A stretch of DNA of 64,000 bases from Deltaproteobacteria bacterium (GTDB taxonomy: Bacteria; Myxococcota_A; Polyangia; DRWM01; JAAZOP01): positions 28,162-92,161 of the forward strand of contig JACRCZ010000056.1 of the NCBI GenBank assembly GCA_016218765.1. The letters run 5' to 3'. The notes beneath the pieces are model-generated. The model ran no database searches. It worked only from the letters and a program-made list of their open reading frames with translations, and had not been told where the DNA came from. Below are positions 27,374-36,084 of this stretch, piece after piece; the stretch's first letter is position 1; the number at the start of each line of letters is the position of its first letter. A program made the translations under genes and the position numbers.

Positions 27374-28327
27374 CTACGTCTGCGGCGCGAGCGACGTCAA
27401 CTCCAGGCGGGTCGACTCGACGTGGTCCGCGAGCCCCGAGGTCCGGCTCTCGAAGTCGAGCCGGAGCAGCATGCCGGTGTCGGCGGCGTACCAGGCGTCG
27501 CGGTGCTGGGCGCCGCTCTGGCCGCCGGAGACGACGGAATCCCGTCGCACGTGCCAGGCATCGACGGCCACGCCCCCGATGGTCAGCCGCTCCACTCCCA
27601 CGAACGTGTCCGTTGACGCGAGGTCCTGCGAGGCCCCGACGAGACCGGTGCTCACCGCGCCGCAGTCCCGGGACCACGTCGCCCCCGGCGCCAGCCCGGC
27701 ACGGACCACCTCCGGCTGCCGGCAGGCCAGGGTCGTGCGGATCTCCATCCCGAAGCGCACGTTGTCGGTGACGACCTCCTTCTCCTCGAGGACCCTCCCG
27801 GGCGCGGCGACCCAGCGGAAGGCGGTGCGGTGCCGGTCGAAGTAGTGGACCGTGAGCGTCCAGCCGTCCGCTTCGTTCCGCAGCGCCGCGGGGACCGTCG
27901 CCGGCAGCTCGCGCCGCTCCGAGCCGAACACCGGCGCGATCGTCTCGTAGAAGCCCGACGCCGCGAACGTGTAGACCCCAGCGGGCGGCGGACCGAGACG
28001 ATCCGGCGCGCCCGACGTGCGGACCACGCTCCCCGCGACGCCCTCCGCCCGGAGCCCCGTCAAGACCCGCTCGACCCCGGCGGGCGCCAGGGTCCCGGAC
28101 TGCAGCACGACACGCAGGACCGCGTAGGTGCCGGCGACGACGACGGCGAGCGTGAGGCCCACCGACACTGCGGCGACCCGCAGCCCGTGCCGTCGCATCC
28201 GGGTCCGCTCGCCCTCGGCCCCGAGATCGCCGGCGCGAGCGCGGGGGCGAAGGACGAGCCAGGGCACAACGCCAACGGCGAGTCCCAGCAGGAAGGCGAT
28301 GGCGAGCGAAACCGGATCCCAGCTCAT
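27374..28327 (-). CDS. Hypothetical membrane-anchored protein
   Basis: GAGG RBS, two N-terminal hydrophobic segments and a beta-rich periplasmic domain. Confidence 0.6.
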   Translation of the reverse strand: MSWDPVSLAIAFLLGLAVGVVPWLVLRPRARAGDLGAEGERTRMRRHGLRVAAVSVGLTLAVVVAGTYAVLRVVLQSGTLAPAGVERVLTGLRAEGVAGSVVRTSGAPDRLGPPPAGVYTFAASGFYETIAPVFGSERRELPATVPAALRNEADGWTLTVHYFDRHRTAFRWVAAPGRVLEEKEVVTDNVRFGMEIRTTLACRQPEVVRAGLAPGATWSRDCGAVSTGLVGASQDLASTDTFVGVERLTIGGVAVDAWHVRRDSVVSGGQSGAQHRDAWYAADTGMLLRLDFESRTSGLADHVESTRLELTSLAPQT

Positions 28328-28475
28328 CGTTCCTCGACAGTCACCCGCAGGGTGGCGGGAGCGGGGCGCGAAGTCAATTGAACGCGGGCGGCCCCGCCGG
28401 CGTCGAAGCCCCTGTTCGCCGGCGCCGCGCTTGCGGCTGGATCGGCGGTGACGGGGGGAGTAGAAACGGATCCGG

Positions 28476-29252
28476 ATGAGAACGTGGACACCATTGCTCG
28501 GCCTTGTCGCACTCGCCGCCGTGGGTCTGGCCTGGAACGGCGCGGAGGACGGCGAGACGGAGGTTTCGGCCGAGCCGTACGCGGGGACGTGGGCGCAGCT
28601 CCGGGTGCAGACCGCCGTCGCGGACGTGCCCGTCCTGGGCCACCTGCGGGTCAAGACCACGACGATTCTCCGCCTGCGCATGTACCCGTCGGGGCACAAC
28701 CTGTCGGTGGCGGTCGAGGCTTGCAGCATGGAGCAGGACGCGGGGATCCCGCTGCTCAAGGTGCGCTTCCCGGAGGACCTGGTCCGGCGCGCGGGGCGTT
28801 TCGAGACGTCGGCATCGCTGCGGCGCGAGGGGGACGGGGTGCAGTTCTTCCAGCCGCGCCGGTGGCTGGTGTTCGGCGCGCACCTGGAGGACGAGGATGC
28901 CGACGCCTTGCCGACGGACGGTGCGGACGAGCGCGTCTGGGACCAGGACGAGGACGGGCATCCCGGGGTGACCGTCGAGGTCCGCGGGCTCCTCGACGCC
29001 GACCTCTACCTCGTCCAGCGGAGCTGGACTTCGCTGCGAGGCACGGTGGCCGGGACGGACCGGATCGACGGGCGCATCCAGTGGAGCGAGGACCACGCGG
29101 TGCTCGGGTCGACCAGCTCGTTGTTGTCGAGCCTGCCGCCGAGCACCCCGGACCCCGACCCGGAGGCCAGCACGTTCCGCACCACGCGGATCGACGGCGA
29201 CCTCGACTGCGCGGAGATCGTCGCCCAACGCGACACCCTCTTCGCCCGATGA
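28476..29252 (+). CDS. Hypothetical secreted protein
   Basis: Signal peptide, and a DQDEDGHPG acidic, possibly Ca-binding motif. Confidence 0.65.
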   Translation: MRTWTPLLGLVALAAVGLAWNGAEDGETEVSAEPYAGTWAQLRVQTAVADVPVLGHLRVKTTTILRLRMYPSGHNLSVAVEACSMEQDAGIPLLKVRFPEDLVRRAGRFETSASLRREGDGVQFFQPRRWLVFGAHLEDEDADALPTDGADERVWDQDEDGHPGVTVEVRGLLDADLYLVQRSWTSLRGTVAGTDRIDGRIQWSEDHAVLGSTSSLLSSLPPSTPDPDPEASTFRTTRIDGDLDCAEIVAQRDTLFAR

Positions 29253-29262
29253 CGCCCGCGCG

Positions 29263-29316
29263 TCCCGCACTCCCCGCACCTCCCGCACTTCCCGCACTTC
29301 CCGCACTTCCTGCACT
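29263..29316. repeat. Tandem nonamer (TCCCGCACT)6, intergenic
   Basis: Read directly; two units are variant. Confidence 0.9.
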
Positions 29317-29385
29317 TTCGTTGCCGAGCCGCCGCGACGGCGGTATCCTGCCGCGGGAAGCCGGCGCGGAAGGCGGCGCGCGCGA

Positions 29386-31107
29386 ATGAAGGACCTGGTC
29401 GGCCAGCGAATCGCCGGGAAGTACGACGTGACCCAGCGGATCGGGGGCGGAGCGGTGGCCGACGTCTACGAAGCGGTCCACAACCGGCTCAACCAGCGTG
29501 TGGCGATCAAGGTCCTGCGCCGGGAGTTCACCCGCCTGCCCGCGGTGACGCGCCGTTTCCTCACCGAAGGGCGCGCCGCGAGCGCGGTGCGGCACCCCGG
29601 CATCATCCAGGTCTTCGATGTCGACCAGCTCGACACGGGCGAGCTGTACATCGTCATGGAGCTGCTGCAGGGCGACGACCTGGCGGTGGCGCTCGAGCGC
29701 GAGCGCCAGTTCGAGCCGGCGCGGGCGGCGGGGGTGGCGGTCCAGATCCTCGACGCGCTCGACGCGGCCCACCGCGCCGGCGTCGTCCACCGCGACCTCA
29801 AGCCGGAGAACGTCCTGCTGTGGGCCGACGCCCAGGGCCGGGAGCGGGCCAAGATCATCGATTTCGGCGTCGCGCGCCTGGAGCGGGAGGGGCCGGCGGC
29901 GCTGCGCAAGACGGCCGAGGGGACGATCGTCGGCACGCCGTACTACATCTCGCCGGAGCAGGCGCGCGGGGAGCAGGATATCGACCACCGCACGGACGTG
30001 TACGCGGTCGGGGTCATGCTGTTCGAGATGCTGACGGGCGAGCTGCCCTACACAGGCACGTCGGTGCAGGGCATCATCCAGCGGATGCTCGAGGAGCCGT
30101 TTCCCAGCGTCCGGGCGCTCGAGCCGTCGCTCCCCGAATCGCTCGAGGCGGTGATCCTGCGTGCCACGGCGCGGCGTCGCGACGACCGCTATCCTTCCGC
30201 GGCGGCTTTCGCGGACGCGCTGCGCACCGCGACGGGCCTCGGGGTGCCCGCGCACGTGCCGGCTGGCGCCCCGGTGCCGCCGGACACGCGCGAGGAGTCG
30301 GGCGACGAGCGTGCAACGATTCCCGCGCCGGCGGGGTACGAGGTGGAGCTGGCCGAGGCGGTGTCCGCCGAACCCCCGGTGCGGGCCGTACCCCCGACCC
30401 GCCGTCCGCCGTCGCAGCAGACGGCCGAGGCGGTCGCGCTGCCCAAGGTCCAGACGGTGGTCGTGCTTCCGACCCGCCTGTGGCTGTTCGTTCTCGGCGG
30501 GGCCGTCGCGGCCGCGGCGGTCGTCGCGGTCCTCTTCGTGTTCGTCTTCCGCCGGCCTTCCCCGTCCGCGGAGTCGGGAGCCCGGCCGGCCGGCGCGGCC
30601 GTCGAGGCGGGTGCGCCGGGCGGTCCGGCCGCGGGTGCGGTCGCGGCCGGTGACGCGGGCGCCGTCGCGACGCCGTACGCAGGGGCCGGATCGCCGGCCG
30701 ACGCGGCCGAAGCGGGGCCGGCGATCGCCTCGGCCAAGGAGGCCGGCCCGGACGCCGCCGTCGCGCCGCCGGTCCTGCCCGAGGCCGCCGGCGGCGATGC
30801 GGCCACGGTCCGCCTGCTCCGCCTCCCCCGCGGCGCCGTGGTGACGCTGGATGACGTGCCGGTGGAGGCGGTCTTCGCCGCGCCGATCGCGGACTCGCCG
30901 CGCCGCCTGCGGGTCGAGGCGCCGGGCTGGAGGACGTGGGTGCGGACAATCCGCGTCGGCGGGGATCTCGAGGTGGTCGTCGACATGGAGCGGCGGGATG
31001 CCGTTTCGCCGACCGGCGACGGCGGCGGGCCGCGACCCGCCGACGCCGGCTCCTCGCGTTCCGCGGACGTCCCCCGTCCGCTGGCCAACCCGTTCGGCGA
31101 CGCCTGA
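29386..31107 (+). CDS. Hanks-type Ser/Thr protein kinase with a TM helix and extracytoplasmic C-terminal domain
   Basis: IGGGAVADVY, VAIK, HRDLKPEN, DFG, GTPYYISPEQ, DVYAVG, and a TM segment LWLFVLGG...VFVF. Confidence 0.93.
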   Translation: MKDLVGQRIAGKYDVTQRIGGGAVADVYEAVHNRLNQRVAIKVLRREFTRLPAVTRRFLTEGRAASAVRHPGIIQVFDVDQLDTGELYIVMELLQGDDLAVALERERQFEPARAAGVAVQILDALDAAHRAGVVHRDLKPENVLLWADAQGRERAKIIDFGVARLEREGPAALRKTAEGTIVGTPYYISPEQARGEQDIDHRTDVYAVGVMLFEMLTGELPYTGTSVQGIIQRMLEEPFPSVRALEPSLPESLEAVILRATARRRDDRYPSAAAFADALRTATGLGVPAHVPAGAPVPPDTREESGDERATIPAPAGYEVELAEAVSAEPPVRAVPPTRRPPSQQTAEAVALPKVQTVVVLPTRLWLFVLGGAVAAAAVVAVLFVFVFRRPSPSAESGARPAGAAVEAGAPGGPAAGAVAAGDAGAVATPYAGAGSPADAAEAGPAIASAKEAGPDAAVAPPVLPEAAGGDAATVRLLRLPRGAVVTLDDVPVEAVFAAPIADSPRRLRVEAPGWRTWVRTIRVGGDLEVVVDMERRDAVSPTGDGGGPRPADAGSSRSADVPRPLANPFGDA

Positions 31108-31207
31108 GCTTCGAATCCGCGGCTGCCGGCGGTAGGTCAGGCCTATCCGGCCCGGACAGGGAGAGGTGGGGAGGCCGGCTGGAGAGAGGGGGATGGTCTG
31201 GCCGGTC

Positions 31208-33223
31208 TCACCCCCAGGCGGTGGCGATCAGCCCGGCGGTGAGGCAGAAGTGGAAGGCGCGGAGGAGCGTCTTCCGGTCGGCGTCCGGCAGCCGGCCCTG
31301 GACGCGGGCCAGGGCCTCCACGCCGCTCATGCCGCCGTCGACCGTGTCGGCGATGGCCGCTTCCGCGTCCCGCAGCGTCCACCAGTCCCGCGGCGGACGG
31401 GGCCGCGGTGCGGGAAAGACGTCGAGCGGGGCGGTGGTGGACCACCACTCCTCCTCTTCGCCCTCTGCCAGCGTATGGGCGATCCCCTGGCGCAGCAGAT
31501 CTTCCGCGGCGGGCGCGAGGCACAGCTCCTGATCGCACGGGACGCCGCGATAGAAGGTCCACTCGCCGGCCGTCCAGAGGTAGAGGTCGAGCAGTCGCTG
31601 TCGCAGGTGGGCGCAGAAGAGCTCGAACAGGGTGACGGGGTCGAGCACCTCGATCGCGACCAGGGCGTCGGCGAGCTTGCCGCCGTAGCGCGGGGCGACC
31701 GCGAGCGCCATTTCCAGCTCCGTCGGGCGGATGGCGCCGGTGGACAGCAGGAAGTCGCCGAGCTGCTCGCTGCGGACGTTCGAGGAGACGTACAGCGGGT
31801 GGCCTTCGACCAGGTAGACTTCCTTGCGCAGCCGCTGCTCCTCGAAGGCGAGCATGCCCGTCTCGCGGTCGGCGGCGAGGGTCAGGAACACGGCGGCCAC
31901 GGTGTCCTCCTCGACGCGGCCCTTGCGATCGGGCTGCAGCGGGAGCACGACGCTGACGGTGGTCTGGCCGAGGAGCGGCAGGTGCTGGCGCAGGCCCGGC
32001 ACGGCGGTGAGCGGGAGGAAGCTGCCGTCGTTGATCGCGGCCTGGTCCATGGCGGTGAACTCGGCCGTGAGCACGCCGTCCACGGCGCGGGCGTACGGCA
32101 TCGGACCGAACTCGCGTCCGTCGCGCTTGCGGATGCGGTATTGCAGGGTCGGGACGGAGCGGGTCGATTCGGAGACGGCGGGTTCGCGAGGGCCGACCGG
32201 CTGGTCCTCGGACGGCGTCAGCGTGTAGCGCAGCACCTCGGCGTCGCCGACGTCCCCGGGCCGCAGCAGGGCCTCGACCGTCTCGGCCAGCTCCCGGGGC
32301 CCGACATGCAGGCCGGTACGGTAGGAGAAGTCGAGGAGCTCCTGGCGCATCGCGCCGGCGTCGGGCGGGCGTTCCGAGGGCTCGCGCGCCAGGCTGCGCA
32401 GCAGGATGCGGCGCAGCTTCGCCGGCACGTGTTTCTCGAAATCGTCGGTCAGGTGCAGGCGCACGTCGCGGATGCTGGACAGCACGGCGAGGTCGGTGTC
32501 GCCCTGTAAGGGCGAACGGCCCAGGAGCAGCTCGGCCATCAGCACGCCGACGGCGAACAGGTCGGAGCGCGCGTCGAGCGGCGCCCCGGCGATCTGCTCC
32601 GGCGAGAGGAACCGGATCTTGCCGCGCAGCCGCCGCCGCCGGCGCGTCTCGGCCTCTTCGCTCGGCAGCAGGGCCAGGCCGAAGTCGCCAAGCTTCACCT
32701 CGCCTTCGCGCGAGATCAGGATGTTCGACGGCGAGATGTCGCGGTGGACGATCCCCAGTATGCCCCCGGCATCGTCCCGGAGATTGTGGATGTGCTCGAG
32801 TCCGGCGAGCATTTCGGTCACGACGCGCACGACCGGGCCGAGGCCCAGCTTCCGGCCCTGCCGGGAGAGCCGCCGCGTCACCTTCCAGCAGTCCAGGCCC
32901 GCGACGTACTCGGTGGCGATGTAGCAGCGGCCATCGACCACTCCCGAGTCGCGGAGGCGCACGACGTTGGGATGCGCCAGGCGCGAGGCGATCCGGGTTT
33001 CGCGCCGGAACAGCTCGATGAAGTCCGGGATCTGGGCCAGCTCCGGGAGCAGCCGTTTGACCGCCACCCGCTCCGCCGCGCGCGCCGGATCCGCGGGCCG
33101 CGCCAGGAACACCTCGGACATCCCCCCCGACCCGAGCCGGCGCAGGAGGACCCACGCGCCGAACGGCGCGCCGCCCGGGCACGAGCCTGCCTTTCCCTGT
33201 CCTGCGGTCTCCGGCTCCGGCAC
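31208..33223 (-). CDS. Cytoplasmic Ser/Thr protein kinase with C-terminal accessory domains (DUF4388-like)
   Basis: LGSGGMSEVF, VAVK, HRDISPSN, DFG, FLSPEQ and DLFAVG. GTG 33223 has a GGGAG RBS. Confidence 0.9.
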   Translation of the reverse strand: MPEPETAGQGKAGSCPGGAPFGAWVLLRRLGSGGMSEVFLARPADPARAAERVAVKRLLPELAQIPDFIELFRRETRIASRLAHPNVVRLRDSGVVDGRCYIATEYVAGLDCWKVTRRLSRQGRKLGLGPVVRVVTEMLAGLEHIHNLRDDAGGILGIVHRDISPSNILISREGEVKLGDFGLALLPSEEAETRRRRRLRGKIRFLSPEQIAGAPLDARSDLFAVGVLMAELLLGRSPLQGDTDLAVLSSIRDVRLHLTDDFEKHVPAKLRRILLRSLAREPSERPPDAGAMRQELLDFSYRTGLHVGPRELAETVEALLRPGDVGDAEVLRYTLTPSEDQPVGPREPAVSESTRSVPTLQYRIRKRDGREFGPMPYARAVDGVLTAEFTAMDQAAINDGSFLPLTAVPGLRQHLPLLGQTTVSVVLPLQPDRKGRVEEDTVAAVFLTLAADRETGMLAFEEQRLRKEVYLVEGHPLYVSSNVRSEQLGDFLLSTGAIRPTELEMALAVAPRYGGKLADALVAIEVLDPVTLFELFCAHLRQRLLDLYLWTAGEWTFYRGVPCDQELCLAPAAEDLLRQGIAHTLAEGEEEEWWSTTAPLDVFPAPRPRPPRDWWTLRDAEAAIADTVDGGMSGVEALARVQGRLPDADRKTLLRAFHFCLTAGLIATAWG

Positions 33224-33298
33224 CTTCGACCTCCCGGCGAGCAGCTCGATGGTCCGCGGGACGCACTCCCAAGTCAAGCCGGGCGCTGCGCCCCGCCG

Positions 33299-33682
33299 CT
33301 ACGTCCTGCCCGACGACGATTCCGGCGGGTCGTCGCGGTACGCGGCCCGCCACGGCTCGCGGCGGTTGCGGAACGCGTCCAGCACCGCCTCGTGCAGCGC
33401 CCGCACGGCCAGGTCGGCCACATGTTCCGTTCCGGGTGGCAGCTCGCCGATGCGCGGGAGCAGCTCGGGCGCGTGCAGCGCCAGCACGTCCCCCGGGGCG
33501 CGGCCCTGCGCGAACGCGGCCGCGGCGGCCGCGGCGGCGAGGGTGTTCGTGCACCCCCGGACCCGGAACTCGCAACGCTCGATCGTCGCGCAGCCGAGCC
33601 ACACGTGCATCTCGCAGCGATCCCCGCACTCGCTCTCCGCCCGTCCGATCCCCCCGGCCCGCCCCTCGCAACACGCGCCCAC
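33299..33682 (-). CDS. IscU/NifU-N-like Fe-S scaffold homologue lacking the third conserved Cys
   Basis: ECGD and FRVRGC motifs are present, while LPPGTEHVADLA replaces the usual LPP..xHCS/A. AGGAGG RBS. Confidence 0.65.
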   Translation of the reverse strand: MGACCEGRAGGIGRAESECGDRCEMHVWLGCATIERCEFRVRGCTNTLAAAAAAAAFAQGRAPGDVLALHAPELLPRIGELPPGTEHVADLAVRALHEAVLDAFRNRREPWRAAYRDDPPESSSGRT

Positions 33683-33917
33683 CTCGATCCGCCTCCTCCC
33701 CCCCCGCTCTTCCGGAAGGTATCACGAAACCCGGGCCGCCACGCTTCCTCGTGCCGCCGCTTCCGCCCCACACCTCGGGCCCCCCCACTCGTCCCAGACA
33801 ACCAACCTCCCCACTCGCCCCGATCGACCAACTCCCCCCTCGTCCTCCTTGCCGGTCCCCGCCCGATGTGCTGCACTATGCGTTCGGGGGCTTGGCCTCC
33901 GGGAGGTGGCCCGATCC

Positions 33918-35969
33918 ATGAAGCGATGGAGAACCGTTGCGGCGCTGTCCTGGGCGCTGGCCGCGTCCTGCGATGGAAGTGCGACCCACACGACACCGGA
34001 CGAGGGCCAGCCGCCGCAGGAGGTGTGCAACGGCCGTGACGACGACGGGGACGGCCACTGCGACGACGCCTACGAGTGCTGTGCGGGGAGCGCGGTGGCG
34101 TGCGTGACGTCGTGCGGGACGGCGGGCTGGCAGCGCTGCACGGCGGACTGCCGCGTGTCGAGTGCGGAGGTGTGCCGGAAGCCGTCGGAGACGTGCAACG
34201 ACATCGACGACGACTGCGACGGGCAGACGGACGAGGTTCCGGAGTGCGGGGGCCGCTGGTTGTGGCGGAACCCGCTGCCGAGCTGGAACACGCTGAGCGC
34301 GGTCTGGCCGCTTCCGGACGGGACGGCCTGGGCGGTCGGCGCGGGCGGGGCGATTGCGCGGTGGGACGGGAGCGCCTGGACGGCCCAGCTATCGCCGACG
34401 ATCGAGGATCTGCGCGGCATCGCCGGTCCCGCCGGCGGGCCGCCGCTGTTCGCGGTCGGGCTGCACGGCACGACGCTGCGTTTCGAGGGTGGCGCGTGGA
34501 CGCGCGACACGGCTCCCGTCGCGGTCAACCTCCACGCGGTGTGGGTGGACGCGACGGGGACGGAGGCCGTGGCGGTCGGCGACCAGGGGACGGTCCTGCG
34601 GTGGAACGGCTCCGACTGGTTCGGCGGGACGGCGGGCACGGCGGAGGACCTGTTCGGGGTGTGGGGCGCGTCCGCGGACGACGTCTTCGCCGTCGGCGGG
34701 CACCGCGTGCTCTGCCGCTGGGACGGCTCGTCGTGGACGGCGCAGCAGCCGTACACCGACGAGGGCTGGCTGGAGGGGGTGTGGGGCTCGAGCGGCTCCA
34801 ACGTCTACGCGGTCGGTCGGGACGGGTGGGTCCTGCGTTTCGACGGTGCGGCGTGGCGTCGCGTGGGTCTGGCGTCCGAGGAGGACCTGTGGGACGTGTG
34901 GGGGACGGGTGCGAGCGACGTCTATGCCGCGGGGTCGCGCGGCACGATGCTGCACTGGGGCGGCGCGGCGTGGCTGCCGATGCCGACGGCGGCCGGCACG
35001 TCGGGCCTGCGCGGTCTGGGCGGCACCGGCGCGCGGGACGTGTGGGCCGTGGGCGAGTTCGGCACGGTCCAGCGCTACCAGGGCGGCGGATGGCTCGCGA
35101 TGGAGCACGGGCCGAACGACGACCTGGAGGCCATCGTCACCGTTCCCGGCGGAGGGATGCTGGCGGTCGGGCGCCACGAGGACACGACGTCGAACCTGTG
35201 GACCTCCGTGGTCTGGGGCTCGGACGCCGGCTGGCGCGCCGACCTGTGGTCGATCCGCGGCCAGATTCGCGACGCGTGGGCGGCCGGGCCGGACGACGCC
35301 TGGGTCGTCGGCTGGACCGGGGCGATCCACCGCTTCGACGGCGTCGCCTGGACGCGGGTCGACTCGGGGACGACGCGCGACCTCGAGGCGATCTGGGGCC
35401 TCGACCCCGCGCTGATCTACGCGGCCGGCCAGGACGGGACGCTCCTGCGCTGGGACGGCGCCGCGTGGACGGCGCTGGAGTCGTCCACCGACCGCGATCT
35501 CCACGACGTCCGCGGGCTACGGCCGGACGACATCTGGGCCGTCGGGGACGACGGCGCCGTCGTGCACTGGGACGGCATCGCCTGGACCGGCCACACCACG
35601 AACTCGCGCGCGAACCTGCTCGCGGTCGCCCCGGCGGCGGCGAACGCCGTCATCGTCGTGGGCGAGCAGCCGGGGACGAGCGGCGCGGGGACGGGCGCGG
35701 TGCTGCGCTGGGACGGGGCGCGCTGGGCGGAGGACGAGGAGTGGTTCCCGGAGCCGATGCTCGACGTCGTCGCCGTCTCCGCGACGGACGCCTACGCGGT
35801 CTCCGGGGCGGCGACGTGGCACTTCGACGGCTACGTCTGGACGGCGCTGGCCACCACCGGCGTCGGCCGCACGTTCGCCAGCGACATCTTCCGCGCCGTC
35901 GTCCACGACCCCGCCCGCGGCCTCCTCACCGCCGGCGGACACGGCGCCATCCTGGAGTGGCGGCCGTAG
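33918..35969 (+). CDS. Lipoprotein with Cys/Asp-rich putative metal-binding repeats and about 14 beta-propeller-like blades
   Basis: Lipobox AASC, two copies of E(V/T)CNxxDDDxDG, and repeated LxxVWG...VWAVG..G..LRWDG..W. Confidence 0.8.
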   Translation: MKRWRTVAALSWALAASCDGSATHTTPDEGQPPQEVCNGRDDDGDGHCDDAYECCAGSAVACVTSCGTAGWQRCTADCRVSSAEVCRKPSETCNDIDDDCDGQTDEVPECGGRWLWRNPLPSWNTLSAVWPLPDGTAWAVGAGGAIARWDGSAWTAQLSPTIEDLRGIAGPAGGPPLFAVGLHGTTLRFEGGAWTRDTAPVAVNLHAVWVDATGTEAVAVGDQGTVLRWNGSDWFGGTAGTAEDLFGVWGASADDVFAVGGHRVLCRWDGSSWTAQQPYTDEGWLEGVWGSSGSNVYAVGRDGWVLRFDGAAWRRVGLASEEDLWDVWGTGASDVYAAGSRGTMLHWGGAAWLPMPTAAGTSGLRGLGGTGARDVWAVGEFGTVQRYQGGGWLAMEHGPNDDLEAIVTVPGGGMLAVGRHEDTTSNLWTSVVWGSDAGWRADLWSIRGQIRDAWAAGPDDAWVVGWTGAIHRFDGVAWTRVDSGTTRDLEAIWGLDPALIYAAGQDGTLLRWDGAAWTALESSTDRDLHDVRGLRPDDIWAVGDDGAVVHWDGIAWTGHTTNSRANLLAVAPAAANAVIVVGEQPGTSGAGTGAVLRWDGARWAEDEEWFPEPMLDVVAVSATDAYAVSGAATWHFDGYVWTALATTGVGRTFASDIFRAVVHDPARGLLTAGGHGAILEWRP

Positions 35970-35989
35970 GGGAGGACGCGGAGAGGAGG

Positions 35990-36010
35990 GCCCTTCGGCG
36001 AGCTCAGGGC
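35990..36010. repeat. 21-bp palindrome variant GCCCTTCGGCGAGCTCAGGGC
   Basis: 18 of 21 positions match 17347-17367; lies between convergent genes. Confidence 0.7.
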
Positions 36011-36020
36011 GCCTTCGGCG

Positions 36021-36070
36021 GAGGGCGCGGAGACCGGATTCACCGCTGAGACGCTGAGGGCGCGGAGAGG
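36021..36070. repeat. Dispersed 50-bp periodic element, copy 2
   Basis: Aligns to 5117-5166. Confidence 0.8.
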
Positions 36071-36084
36071 TGCGCTGAGGGGGG

